Below, one piece after another: positions 36,001 through 45,700 of a stretch of DNA of 64,000 nucleotides. Under the pieces are notes generated by a model. It did no database searches, was not told the DNA's origin, and saw nothing but the letters and a program-made list of their open reading frames with translations. The stretch is from contig JBNJNM010000011.1 in assembly GCA_052426225.1 (NCBI GenBank), positions 3,906,001 to 3,970,000 of the forward strand. Direction: 5' to 3'. Made by a program: the position numbers and the translations under genes. Positions within the stretch are counted from its first letter, which is position 1. Every line of letters begins with the position of its first letter. The stretch is from Zancudomyces culisetae HAW-14-8 (Eukaryota; Fungi; Kickxellomycota).

Positions 36001-38010
36001 TCTTCTACCGATTCTACCACTGACTCCACTACTGATATGAAATTGTGTGCTCAAATAACAACGAACTATTTATCTACTCAGGTTGCTACCGATTATAGTG
36101 GTAATCTGCTTACATTTACTTTTGTAAAAACCACTACAGTTGATGATCCAAATTGTACTCCTGTTTTTACTAGGTCTCAAACTATTGCAACCTCATCCAC
36201 AAGTAACTCTGGAGATACAAAAATAACACAAATGGTATGTACTCCCGAAACAACTAAACATCTCACATCATTAACTACAATGGATCAGTTTGGTAGTTCT
36301 ATTACTCTAACTTTTATAAAAACTGAAACACTGATAAATCCAACCTGTATTATACCTACTACTTCATTTACTGATTCAACAACTCATTCAACACACGATT
36401 TGAAAACTGATTCAAGCAAAGAATCTTGCGTTTTGACAACTGCTACTCAAACAACTTCAGAACCAATGACCGCCAGTAATGGTCAAATTACCGGAACAAC
36501 TTTTTATACAAATATAGTCACACTTACAGGTGCATGTGGGACTGTATCAAAATCTGCAAGTTCTGGCAGTCCTACTTTTACGTGTACGGATCAGTTAATC
36601 CCAGTAATTGTGGTATCGTCAGATAATGATGGGGTATCTAGAACGGTTACAGAGTATATAACTAACACTGATATCACGGCTTGTTCATCTCCATCTCCAT
36701 CTCCATCTCCATCTCCATCTCCATCTCCATCTCCATCTCCATCTCCATCTCCATCTCCATCTCCATCTCCATCTCCATCTCCATCTCCATCTCCATCTCC
36801 ATCTCCATCTCCATCTCCATCTCCATCTCCATCTCCATCTCCATCTCCATCTCCATCTCCATCTCCATCTCCATCTCCATCTCCATCTCCATCTCCATCT
36901 TCATCTTCATCTTCATCTCTATCTTCATCTCTATCTTCATCTCCATCTCCATCTCCATCTTCATCTCCATCTCTATCTTCATCGTACTCTTTACCAAAAG
37001 CGCCCACTTATCCTATTTCAATAACCTTGATTACACCTACCCATCAAACAAGTTTATCTTCCACTAGGACAGGGTGTATTACCTCTATAGCCACCCTTAC
37101 AACAACAACTACAAAAACTACAATACTTTCTGATGAACAATTTTCAACAGTTGTTGTCGTACAAACTGCAACTACTACAAAAAAATATGGGTGTCCAGTA
37201 GTTTTGACAACGGTAGATCATACAGTAACAACCAGTTACACTGAAAACACTACAATAAGCCTCAACCAAACAACCCTGGTGGGTTCATCTACACATAGCC
37301 CGAACTCATTATATACTACCACAAAACAGCCACATATCACTACCATTATTATTAGTGATAATACCAATAGCTGTATAACAATTACTGTAGCTAATACAAC
37401 TAGTATTCTTACCATAAATCACCCGGAAAGTTTAACAAATAGTGCATCCGAGGGTGTTGTATATAGCACAGGCACCATTAGTCTTTCACAGTTTCCGTCA
37501 CAGCCTCAGTATAGTACAAATTTTAGTTATACTTTGCAGACGGTTTCAACAGAAAAAAACGTTGTAGATACTTATGCTTCATCAACTTATGAACCAAGTA
37601 AAAATACTTCAGGCCATTTTTCGATGCCTACAATATCCGTTTATACTATAACTATACAACAATCAGAACCCACTGTTTTGCCACAGACGCCTACGCTGAT
37701 AGAGACAAGAACCCTAGAAACCATATTATCCAAAACGGTATCTACCACATTTACAGCAATTGCTACAGTAACAGTCACGGACAAAAACATATGTTACAAC
37801 GAAGGCCATGGTGGCTGTACAGAACCAATCTCCTGTAACCCAGTAACAGCAACAGTGACTGAAACTCATATTTTGATTCAGAGCCACACTGTGACGGAGT
37901 ACCTGACGCAGCTGACTTCTGAGACTATCACAATAACAGAGACTTCAACTTATCCAGAAAATACAACCTATAAGAAAACACGGTGTTACAACCAATCATA
38001 CTGGTATTGA
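33058..38010 (+). CDS. Secreted Ser/Thr-rich modular repeat glycoprotein (mucin/adhesin-like), 1650 aa
   Basis: ATG at 33058 with signal peptide MNCLVPLLLSILALSCCA. Eight near-identical Cys-bracketed modules are separated by (STDS/TTDS)n spacers, followed by degenerate modules, (SP)35 and a Thr-rich C-terminus. Confidence 0.88.
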   Translation: MNCLVPLLLSILALSCCASFKSSPTHTTEGAYSYAEQKKQVISDINNEIRDLGRKILQENLTEKHTEGRLVDQKNPRKYGDNAKQFVSAEHFPKRNQKNISRIVSNANVLYNRDNEATNPEICAQITTNYLSTQIATDYSGNLLTFTFVKTTTVDDPSCKPSSTDSTTDSSTDSTTDSSTDSTTDSSTDSSTDSSTDSSTDSSTDSSTDSSTDSTTESSTDSSTDSSTDSTTDSTTDMKLCAQITTNYLSTQVATDYSGNLLTFTFVKTTTVDDPSCKPSSTDSTTDSSTDSTTDSSTDSTTDSSTDSSTDSSTDSITDSSTDSSTDSSTDSTTDSTTDMKLCAQITTNYLSTQVATDYSGNLLTFTFVKTTTVDDPSCKPSSTDSSTDSSTDSSTDSSTDSSTESSTDSSTDSTTDSTTDMKLCAQITTNYLSTQVATDYSGNLLTFTFVKTTTVDDPSCKPSSTDSSTESSTDSSTDSSTDSSTESSTDSSTDSSTDSSTESSTDSSTDSSTDSSTESSTDSSTDSSTDSSTDSSTDSSTESSTESSTDSTTDSTTDMKLCAQITTNYLSTQVATDYSGNLLTFTFVKTTTVDDPSCEPSSTDSTTDSSTDSSTDSSTDSSTDSSTDSSTDSSTDSSTDSSTDSFTDSSTDSSTDSSTDSSTDSSTDSTTDSTIDSTTDSSTDSSTDSSTDFTTGMKLCTQITTNYLSTQVATDYSGNLLTFTFVKTTTVDDPSCKPSSTDSTTDSSTDSTTDSSTDSSTDSTTDSTTDSSTDSTTDSSTDSSTDSSTDSTTDSTTDMKLCAQITTNYLSTQVATDYSGNLLTFTFVKTTTVDDPSCEPSSTDSTTDSSTDSSTDSSTDSSTDSSTDSFTDSSTDSSTDSSTDSFTDSSTDSSTDSSTDSSTDSSTDSTTESPTDSSTDSTTDSSTDSTTDSSTDSTTDSSTDSSTDSSTDSSTDSSTDSSTDSSTDSTTESSTDSSTDSSTDSTTDSTTDMKLCAQITTNYLSTQVATDYSGNLLTFTFVKTTTVDDPNCTPVFTRSQTIATSSTSNSGDTKITQMVCTPETTKHLTSLTTMDQFGSSITLTFIKTETLINPTCIIPTTSFTDSTTHSTHDLKTDSSKESCVLTTATQTTSEPMTASNGQITGTTFYTNIVTLTGACGTVSKSASSGSPTFTCTDQLIPVIVVSSDNDGVSRTVTEYITNTDITACSSPSPSPSPSPSPSPSPSPSPSPSPSPSPSPSPSPSPSPSPSPSPSPSPSPSPSPSPSPSPSPSPSPSPSPSSSSSSSLSSSLSSSPSPSPSSSPSLSSSYSLPKAPTYPISITLITPTHQTSLSSTRTGCITSIATLTTTTTKTTILSDEQFSTVVVVQTATTTKKYGCPVVLTTVDHTVTTSYTENTTISLNQTTLVGSSTHSPNSLYTTTKQPHITTIIISDNTNSCITITVANTTSILTINHPESLTNSASEGVVYSTGTISLSQFPSQPQYSTNFSYTLQTVSTEKNVVDTYASSTYEPSKNTSGHFSMPTISVYTITIQQSEPTVLPQTPTLIETRTLETILSKTVSTTFTAIATVTVTDKNICYNEGHGGCTEPISCNPVTATVTETHILIQSHTVTEYLTQLTSETITITETSTYPENTTYKKTRCYNQSYWY
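33420..36155 (+). repeat. Hierarchical coding repeat: 8 modules of about 125 bp interleaved with variable arrays of 12-bp TCTACTGAYTCT units
   Basis: Modules (C[AT]QITTNYLSTQ[VI]ATDYSGNLLTFTFVKTTTVDDP[SN]C) start near 33420, 33769, 34075, 34321, 34735, 35149, 35455 and 36037. Confidence 0.95.
36688..36897 (+). repeat. Perfect (TCTCCA)35 microsatellite encoding (Ser-Pro)35
   Basis: Directly visible hexamer array. Confidence 0.95.
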
Positions 38011-38290
38011 TTAGCCTTTTTATGCATTTCGCAATCGATATTTTGGTAATATTGCTACTCACTAGTTTATTTATTTTAGGCTGTTTTAAGCATTATTAGA
38101 TTTTGACTGAATCAAATCAGCGTCAAAATACAAATAAGTAATAAAATAAAATTTTTTCTCCTTTCATAACAAGACTAACAATAAGTAAAGCCGAACAAGA
38201 AACTCTAAAACCAGAAAAGCAATCGGGGCAGGGAGGTGGAGAAAGTGTAGCAAAATAAATAGAATAAAAACTTTACGTAGTTAGTATACA

Positions 38291-41200
38291 ATGAACGCAG
38301 AGCTAGTGGAAATAGCACGGATTTTCGAACAAACATATGATCCACAGGAGATAATCAGAAAAGCTGCTGAAGAAAAGGTTCGACACCTGGAAAGCACGAT
38401 AGGAAATAACAGCAATGGAAACGAACGGTTCTTGTCGAAATTGATATATCTATTGAAGGAGCTTGGTGCAGTGGGTTTCGGTGGTACTGGCCAGGAAGAG
38501 TATCAACAGAAGCAAGCTGCGGCACAGGTTCGCCTGGCAATCAGCATATATTTTAAAAATATTCTCAGAAGGCGGTGGAACGTGTTTAAAAACGATGCTG
38601 ATTATGATGAAGTCCAAGCGGGAAATTTACCTGGTGCTAACATGGATTTGGTAAATCCGAACCAGAATGGTATCTGTGAGGCTGAAAAAGCGTATATTAA
38701 GCAAGAGATATTCCATGTGATGCTGAACAATTACAACGATAAACCAGTGCTTGCTCAATTAGTCAGCTGTTTAGGGACAATAGTGCGCGAGGCAGAATTT
38801 CCACAAAGCTGGCCAGAATATCTGGTAACGTGTCGTCAGCTCTTGATAACTGGAAGTGGTGATATGAGTGTAGAAAGGTCCGAAAGTGCGATTAAAAACG
38901 AGCTGACAAACATGTACATAGGGCTACTGGGTGTATACCAAGTCTTACAAATGTACAGGTACAAAGACAAGCAGGATGAAATGGCAAAAAGGATTGTTGA
39001 CGAGATTTGTACCGAACTTATCCCAATAATTGGCGAAATCGTTCGGCAACAGCTAGATTGTTTGTATGTGCATGGTGGGGATGGGAGTGCGAGTGTAAGC
39101 GAGAATATAAATACAAACGCAAATTCCAGTTTGGAAATGCTGCAGAGTTTGGAGCCTAAAAGACAACAAGTAGTAAAAATGGCACTCAAGGTGTTTTACT
39201 CGAGTGTGTGTAACGAGTTGCCAACCATTCTCATGGAAACTAGAGACGAGCTGGTAAGATGGGGAAATCTATTGATACGCATTATACTGACCCACACAAA
39301 GAATAATGGTGGACTACAAGATAGGGATGCTGTAGAAAACTATGATTACAGCAGTAGCTATTATGAAAGGGGCGGAGAGATAGAAACGGAAAACAGATCA
39401 TTAAAATGGGCACAGCGTAGCATAAACAAAATATACAATAGGTATGGTAATCCTGGCGTATTAATGCAGGGATTAGGGGTTTCGAAAAGACATAAACGGA
39501 AATATTGGGAGTTTGCAAAGCTGTTTAGCCAAGAGTTTGCACCACGGATCCTGATGGTGTACTTAAAGGGGTTGGAGGCGCATTATGCAAGCACCAAGGG
39601 CTTTAAAGGGGTTGGAATGGATGGATGTTTAATGGCAGCAAGGAGCCGGTCGATCATATATCGATATATAAGAGACTGTGTAGAAGATAAACAAATGTGG
39701 AAGTTAATACAGGATGAGTTGGGGGTGATTATAGATCGGCTAATACTGAAGGAGTTAGAGCACTCGTATTATAAATACGAGCTTGGTGGTCAGGATGAGA
39801 ATGAAGACAAGCAGGCAGAGGTTGAAAGGGTTATAAATAGCATCCTTGATCCATCATACACATTCACAAACTCATCTTCGTCTTCAACGGTGTACTACGA
39901 ACACGAAGAAAGCCGAAACCCAACACTCGCTGCTATGGCCGTGTTGGAGACGATTTGTGTAGAGCGCCAGAAAAGTTCAATGGAATTTCTTGTGAATTAC
40001 GTGGTGGAACGGATTGCAACATCCTACCAGAATAGTCATGAAGGTAGTGCAGGTGAAAGATATGCAGCACTAGCAATATTGTCTACAATTTCTGATGGGA
40101 TAAAAGCAATGGTCAGAGGAAATGGAGATTGCAAGAGCAGAGGAGCTGAGGAAAAGAATAACAGCAAAGTGATCGAGGTTATTACCCACCAAATAGAACA
40201 TGTAGTAATTCCCGAAGTTTTTTCGGAGTTTAATCTCGATAATGGTGGCTACAATAGGAAGGAAATGCGCGGTGGTATGAATATATTGCGAATAAAGGCA
40301 CTAGAAATAGTAACACGATACTCGGGTCTTTTGGTCGAATATATGGCAAATCCGCAGGGCTTGGTACTACAGCTCTTGGAACAGATTACAGGTAACCGTC
40401 GCGAACGAATGGAGGTTCGAATACTCTCTGCGCTTGCAGTAAACGAACTGATTACAAAAATAGACAAAGCAAACAGGAAAGCTAGAAATGAGAGCGCTGA
40501 GGGAATCGAAACAATTGTGGTACACATTATTAGGTATTTGATGGAGATGCTAGAGGAGACAGTAAAACTTGTGAACGCAGGTAGCACAGATGCAAATGCA
40601 GAAGTAATTGTGAGTACGAATATGAATACGAATACGAATAATGTGGAGGTATTATTGATCGAGTTGATTCAAGAACTGGTAGAAACATACAGCGGGAGGA
40701 TTGGTAGAGAGTATATTTTGCAACTTGTGCAGGGTCTAGCGACTAAAGTCGATTTACTGGTAAACAGCTTATCTTTGCGTCTTAGTAAACTCGCCCAGCA
40801 ACAACACCGAAATTTGGGGGCAGCGGGAGGAGTTATTGATGGTAATGATGATGATAGCGATGGAGATGAAGACGAGGAGAAAAAAGAACAAGCCGTAGAA
40901 ATGATTAAAACAGTTTTTGGGACTATCCAGATACTCTTGGAACCGCTAGAAAATCACCCGGAACCGATACTCCTGGGAAATAGCGAGAACAACAAAAGTG
41001 GCAGTGTGGATGACAATAGTAAGAGGCCAAATGGAAATAATGGAGAGAGTGGGGTAGACTGCATCCAACATATCAAAGGGATAGTATACCCAGTGATTTC
41101 CAAGATTATTGAACTGGAAATATACGAATGTTATCAGATTGCGATTTCGGTGTTCGATAATTTGGTATTCATGACATCCTCGCCACTATCGGCAATAAAT

Positions 41201-42712
41201 GGTGTTGTTAGCGGAAATTATGAGAACAAGGCACAAGTAGAAGAGTTTGAAGTGCATTTGTTCCGGCTAGTTTTGAATAAAGTAGTAGGGTTGTTTGATC
41301 CAGGAAACGAAAATATTAGTTGGGAAACAGCGGATCAAATTATGGAAATTCTCTTTGAAAGTATGGTTTTAGTCAACACAAAGCTTTTGAATCTACATCA
41401 CAGAGTCAAAATTAGTGGCCAGTTAAACGTACAGGGGGATCAAACTCTTGGATATGGTGAAAACTTTGTAAGAGATTCGAATTCTGGTTTGGGTCTGGAT
41501 CTGGATTCTATAACCATGAGAATCAATATGGATCTGTACTATAATGAAGATGGGGCAGTGTTTCAATTCATGATAGGGATCATTGATTTGCTATTTTCAC
41601 AGGGCGGAAATGGAGGAGAATGGAGAAAAGTAATCAGTAACTATTTTGGTTCTAGTGGTATGGATGACGATGACAGTGAGGGTGAGGGTGATAACGAGAT
41701 GGTGGATACAATTTGTGAAATTGTGCAAAATATAATATTACTATATTCAATATCCACCAAACTGTTTAACATGGATAATGTGGGTATCGGAGGCGAGAAG
41801 TACGTAGACCGACAAGTGGTTGAAAAATATATTCGGTTGATATTACCACTGCTGTTCTCATCGGCTGCACACCCAAATACAGACACAATTACAAACATTT
41901 CTGGTACAAAGAACCGAAGCGCAGGTGTAAAAAACCAGAGTATGTTTTTAACGGTGCTGTCAATTCTTACGTTCAACACTTACCCATACCAAGTTGCAAA
42001 TGTAGGTTTGAATGTGCATCAATCAATGAGTTTTTTACTGGGACTAGCTTCACATTCAGGATACCAAGCAGTAATTGAAAGATCAATTCAAAAATACGCG
42101 GGAAGAAATAGAATGAGACGGATTATTGACTTGAAATTAACAATAGTGGCATTATTGGATTATATTCAACTTTGCCTTTCCACTGTAAATAGCGGTGGCG
42201 AATTGAAAATGGTAAAGATGGTAAAATATGTAATAGATTGCTTTGGTAGACTACCAAGAGCCATATTGCAGTATAACTCTTTGGTTCGTTCATCATCACA
42301 ACCAGGTGGAGGCAAAACTAATAATAACCGATACGGGGGGGATGCGGATGAAGAAATTGAGGATGTAGTGAATCTAATGGAAGTTCATCAGGAAGAAGGC
42401 GATCAAGACGACATGGATGACTATGATGAATTTGGTGTTGAATACGATGAGGAAGGAGGGGATGGGATGGATGAAGAGTACAGTGAAGTAGATGAAAACG
42501 ATATAGATGTTCAAGAAGAACAGCACGAACAGCAGATTGTGGATAGCAAGCATATATTGTTCGACTTTGATGTATACTCGTACTTTAAATCGTTTTATTA
42601 CAAGTGCTATTATCCAAAAATATCGTGTTTGAATAGAGAGGTATTGGAACAAATGGAAAGCATTTTAAATAGTGACCAAAGACAGCTTTTATTAGATTTA
42701 ATTAGCAACTAG
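38291..42712 (+). CDS. Importin-beta family karyopherin, importin-7/8 (Nmd5/Sxm1)-like, 1473 aa
   Basis: N-terminal IRKAAEE..L and VRLAISIYFKNILRRRW (IBN_N-like), FPQSWP, KWAQRSINKIYNRYGNP and acidic C-terminal loops. Confidence 0.8.
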   Translation: MNAELVEIARIFEQTYDPQEIIRKAAEEKVRHLESTIGNNSNGNERFLSKLIYLLKELGAVGFGGTGQEEYQQKQAAAQVRLAISIYFKNILRRRWNVFKNDADYDEVQAGNLPGANMDLVNPNQNGICEAEKAYIKQEIFHVMLNNYNDKPVLAQLVSCLGTIVREAEFPQSWPEYLVTCRQLLITGSGDMSVERSESAIKNELTNMYIGLLGVYQVLQMYRYKDKQDEMAKRIVDEICTELIPIIGEIVRQQLDCLYVHGGDGSASVSENINTNANSSLEMLQSLEPKRQQVVKMALKVFYSSVCNELPTILMETRDELVRWGNLLIRIILTHTKNNGGLQDRDAVENYDYSSSYYERGGEIETENRSLKWAQRSINKIYNRYGNPGVLMQGLGVSKRHKRKYWEFAKLFSQEFAPRILMVYLKGLEAHYASTKGFKGVGMDGCLMAARSRSIIYRYIRDCVEDKQMWKLIQDELGVIIDRLILKELEHSYYKYELGGQDENEDKQAEVERVINSILDPSYTFTNSSSSSTVYYEHEESRNPTLAAMAVLETICVERQKSSMEFLVNYVVERIATSYQNSHEGSAGERYAALAILSTISDGIKAMVRGNGDCKSRGAEEKNNSKVIEVITHQIEHVVIPEVFSEFNLDNGGYNRKEMRGGMNILRIKALEIVTRYSGLLVEYMANPQGLVLQLLEQITGNRRERMEVRILSALAVNELITKIDKANRKARNESAEGIETIVVHIIRYLMEMLEETVKLVNAGSTDANAEVIVSTNMNTNTNNVEVLLIELIQELVETYSGRIGREYILQLVQGLATKVDLLVNSLSLRLSKLAQQQHRNLGAAGGVIDGNDDDSDGDEDEEKKEQAVEMIKTVFGTIQILLEPLENHPEPILLGNSENNKSGSVDDNSKRPNGNNGESGVDCIQHIKGIVYPVISKIIELEIYECYQIAISVFDNLVFMTSSPLSAINGVVSGNYENKAQVEEFEVHLFRLVLNKVVGLFDPGNENISWETADQIMEILFESMVLVNTKLLNLHHRVKISGQLNVQGDQTLGYGENFVRDSNSGLGLDLDSITMRINMDLYYNEDGAVFQFMIGIIDLLFSQGGNGGEWRKVISNYFGSSGMDDDDSEGEGDNEMVDTICEIVQNIILLYSISTKLFNMDNVGIGGEKYVDRQVVEKYIRLILPLLFSSAAHPNTDTITNISGTKNRSAGVKNQSMFLTVLSILTFNTYPYQVANVGLNVHQSMSFLLGLASHSGYQAVIERSIQKYAGRNRMRRIIDLKLTIVALLDYIQLCLSTVNSGGELKMVKMVKYVIDCFGRLPRAILQYNSLVRSSSQPGGGKTNNNRYGGDADEEIEDVVNLMEVHQEEGDQDDMDDYDEFGVEYDEEGGDGMDEEYSEVDENDIDVQEEQHEQQIVDSKHILFDFDVYSYFKSFYYKCYYPKISCLNREVLEQMESILNSDQRQLLLDLISN

Positions 42713-42769
42713 CTATTTTTATTGAAACCAATTAATAAACAAAACACTAGCCCATACAAGAAAATAAAA

Positions 42770-45700
42770 CTAGGAAAGGTTTAAAGATAGAATTCTGGAC
42801 TCGGTGTTGCTAGGTATAGTGCTGCTATCAGAAAATGTATTGTGTTTGTAAACACCCAGTAATGACTTGCTCTTTTCATAAAGCTTTTGCTTGAGACTAA
42901 TCACAATAAACTGATTAATTGGGCTACCAACCGATGGCGGAACAGACGATGAGTTGGAGATGTACCGTGCAAGCATGTTGAGGTTATTGGTATCGAGCGC
43001 AGCATCTACCTCATCCAAGACATAGAACCGGCTCCCGTCGCCATCAATGGTTGTGGAGCTGGTAGCTGGTAACAGCTTTGTGCGGTATGACTGGATAGTA
43101 AACACAAGAGCCAGTGCAGCAATCGTTTTCTCACCACCACTGAGACTTTCAATATCGCGGAACCGTTTCAATGGCGGCATAACATGGTACTTGATACCGC
43201 CACAGTATGGTTCGACTCCAGCACCACTGGCTGTGGCTGAATTAGCACCAGAACCGCCGGTATTTGCGGATGCCGTCGGCGTCTCGAGTGTGAGGTACGC
43301 AGTGCCTCCCATGGGGAATAGATTGGGAACAATGGTCAGCTGCTTGTAGAAGGCATCGATGTGCTGGGCTAGGTAGTTGTACATGTCAAGGAATAGCTCA
43401 GTACGCTTACGCTTGATTTGGAGAAACGCAGACGATGCAGATTTGGCGTGGTTGCGAATCTTGGTGAATTCGTGATCAATGGCAGAGAGTTTGGTTGATA
43501 GCACCTTGGTTTTGGCCTCCAAGTGGCCCAGGTTGACACCTGTGGTGGCAGTGGCTTGAGCTACATTGACACTTCCGCCAGCACCAACAGAAGACTGCAA
43601 CATCTTTCGGTACTGGGCAATCTGAACCTCCAGCTGTTCGATCATCTCCCTCAACGTTGCTTCGGCATTATCGGATGCAAGCCTTCCCTTGGTTTTGGCC
43701 GATAAAACAACGCTGATCTGCTGGTGCTCTTGAGATTGGTTGTTAAGTACCATCCGTTTAAGACTATCAACGTCAACGTCCTTTAGACTCTTGACAACCC
43801 CCGCCTCTGCCCCCTTTTTACCTTTGCTGCTACCTTCAGAGGCCGAAAAAGACAGCTGGATTCCCTCCATTCCTTCATATTTGGCTTTAACCAACAACCT
43901 GTACTTCTCCAGTCGTAACCTTTCTAATTGCGCAGACTTGTTCCCTACCAGTCGTTTGCCGTCTCTTATACTTTCTGCCAATAAACCACTGATGTTCTGT
44001 GTGAGTTCGAGAATTTTTTGCTGTAGTTCAGCGTATGTTTGTCTGGCAGTTTTGTATTTGGCCTTGGAATCGTTTAACTGTACCAACAGGTTGTTTTGCA
44101 ATGTATTGGTTTCCAGCTCATCAGCCCTAGCTGTAAACTGCTCAATCTGGTCTTTTGTAGCCTGGATTTGAGCATTCAATACATTTAGTTGATCCGACAT
44201 CTGTGATTTGAGATCATCTTCAAACGACCTTTGCGTCTGCAGCTTGTCAATCTGCGATGATATGCGTGCAATGTTTGCGTGCTGCTGCTGCTGTAGCTTG
44301 GTGGCATTTATTACAGCATCCTCGTACGATTCAATGCTATCAAAGTTATATTTTTGGCAAAATGCAACAAACGGTTTGTTGACAACGCTCTTAAGCTCCT
44401 CAATCTTTAACTCGAGATCGATATTTTCTTGTTGTGAAGGCAGCGAAGATGCGAGGATATCATGCTTGTGTTGGAGTTGCTGCTTCTCGCTAAGAAGTGT
44501 TTGCAGCCTTCTTTTGCTGCCGCTCAGTATATCCCGAGCCATTTCAAGTCTTTGCAATGTATCATCTGTTGTAGAAGGCATTGTGCCCGGAGCGCTTGCT
44601 GATGGGGAAGACTGCTGAAGTAGGAGAAGCAGCTTGGCCTTGCGCTGGCTCGTTTGGTTTATTTGGGCTGCCAATTCTTCGCGGGTTTGGATCAATTTGT
44701 TGAGTCGTTTGGCATCCGAGGCCATATCGCTGGTACCATGTGCTTGTGAAGCAGAATATCCCCCACTAATGTTACCATTTCTTTCTATCACAGTTCCATC
44801 AAGAGTCACGACTTTTACTTTCGTATTTCTTCTCGAAGAGCGCTGGAATTGTTTAGCCTGCTGTATATTTTCACAAACCACCGTATTTGCGCAAACATAC
44901 TTCATCACTTGGTCGTAGACCATATCATAACGAATGACTTGTGTTGCTCTCTTGATTCTAATACCCTGTAGACCGAAATCCACATCGACATCCATATCCA
45001 TACCCATACCCACACCTCCATCGTCATCTATATCCATACTTGCTGTCGATGCCGATGCGTTGGACATGATGTCAAGTGGCAAAAACGTGGCCCTCCCAGC
45101 CCGTTGCTCTCGCAAATATCTGATACACTCAATAGCAGTTTGCTGTGTATCCACCACAATCGCGTCGCTGTTCCTACCCAACACCACACGGACCGCTTCA
45201 TCATATTTACTCTGTATAGGTGCACAAATATCCGCCACTCGGCCATGTACTACCAACCTGCCACCTGCGTTATTTGCACCATTGTTGTTTTGGTGGAACA
45301 GTCTTCTCAAACCCGCTATCATCTCGGCCCGTTTTGCCTCTTGTCTGTTATCTGCCATTTTTCGCTTGGTCTCCACAATTTGCTCCAAGACCTTTCCTAA
45401 CTTTTCACTTGCCTCCTGCTCCAAAACCTCAAGCCGCTCATGCTCACGCTCATTTTTTTTGCGCTGCAACTCAAGCTCTTTGTATTTCTGCTCAAGTTGC
45501 TGCACAGTTTGTATGTCACCATCAATCTGCTCGTTTTGTGAATCGACTTGCTGCTGTTTTTGCTGGATCTGTTGGGTTAGGTCTTGAATCTGCTGATTTA
45601 CCTGTTCACTCTGTTTTGCTAGCTTGGATACCTGTTTTTGCAAAGTTTGCAGCTCGAGGTTTTGCTTTGAGTATTTGGTTTCAATCTCCGCCTTTATTTG

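Noticed and set aside
33420-36155. Repeat-spacer pattern superficially like a CRISPR array
   Set aside because: The units are about 125 bp, the spacers are themselves tandem repeats, everything is in frame within a eukaryotic ORF, and there are no cas genes.
33448-37067. Many antisense and alternative-frame ORFs (VEES, ISRR, LLIL, MEME, ISIS, DGDG repeats)
   Set aside because: These are shadows of the 12-bp and 6-bp coding repeats of the secreted protein.
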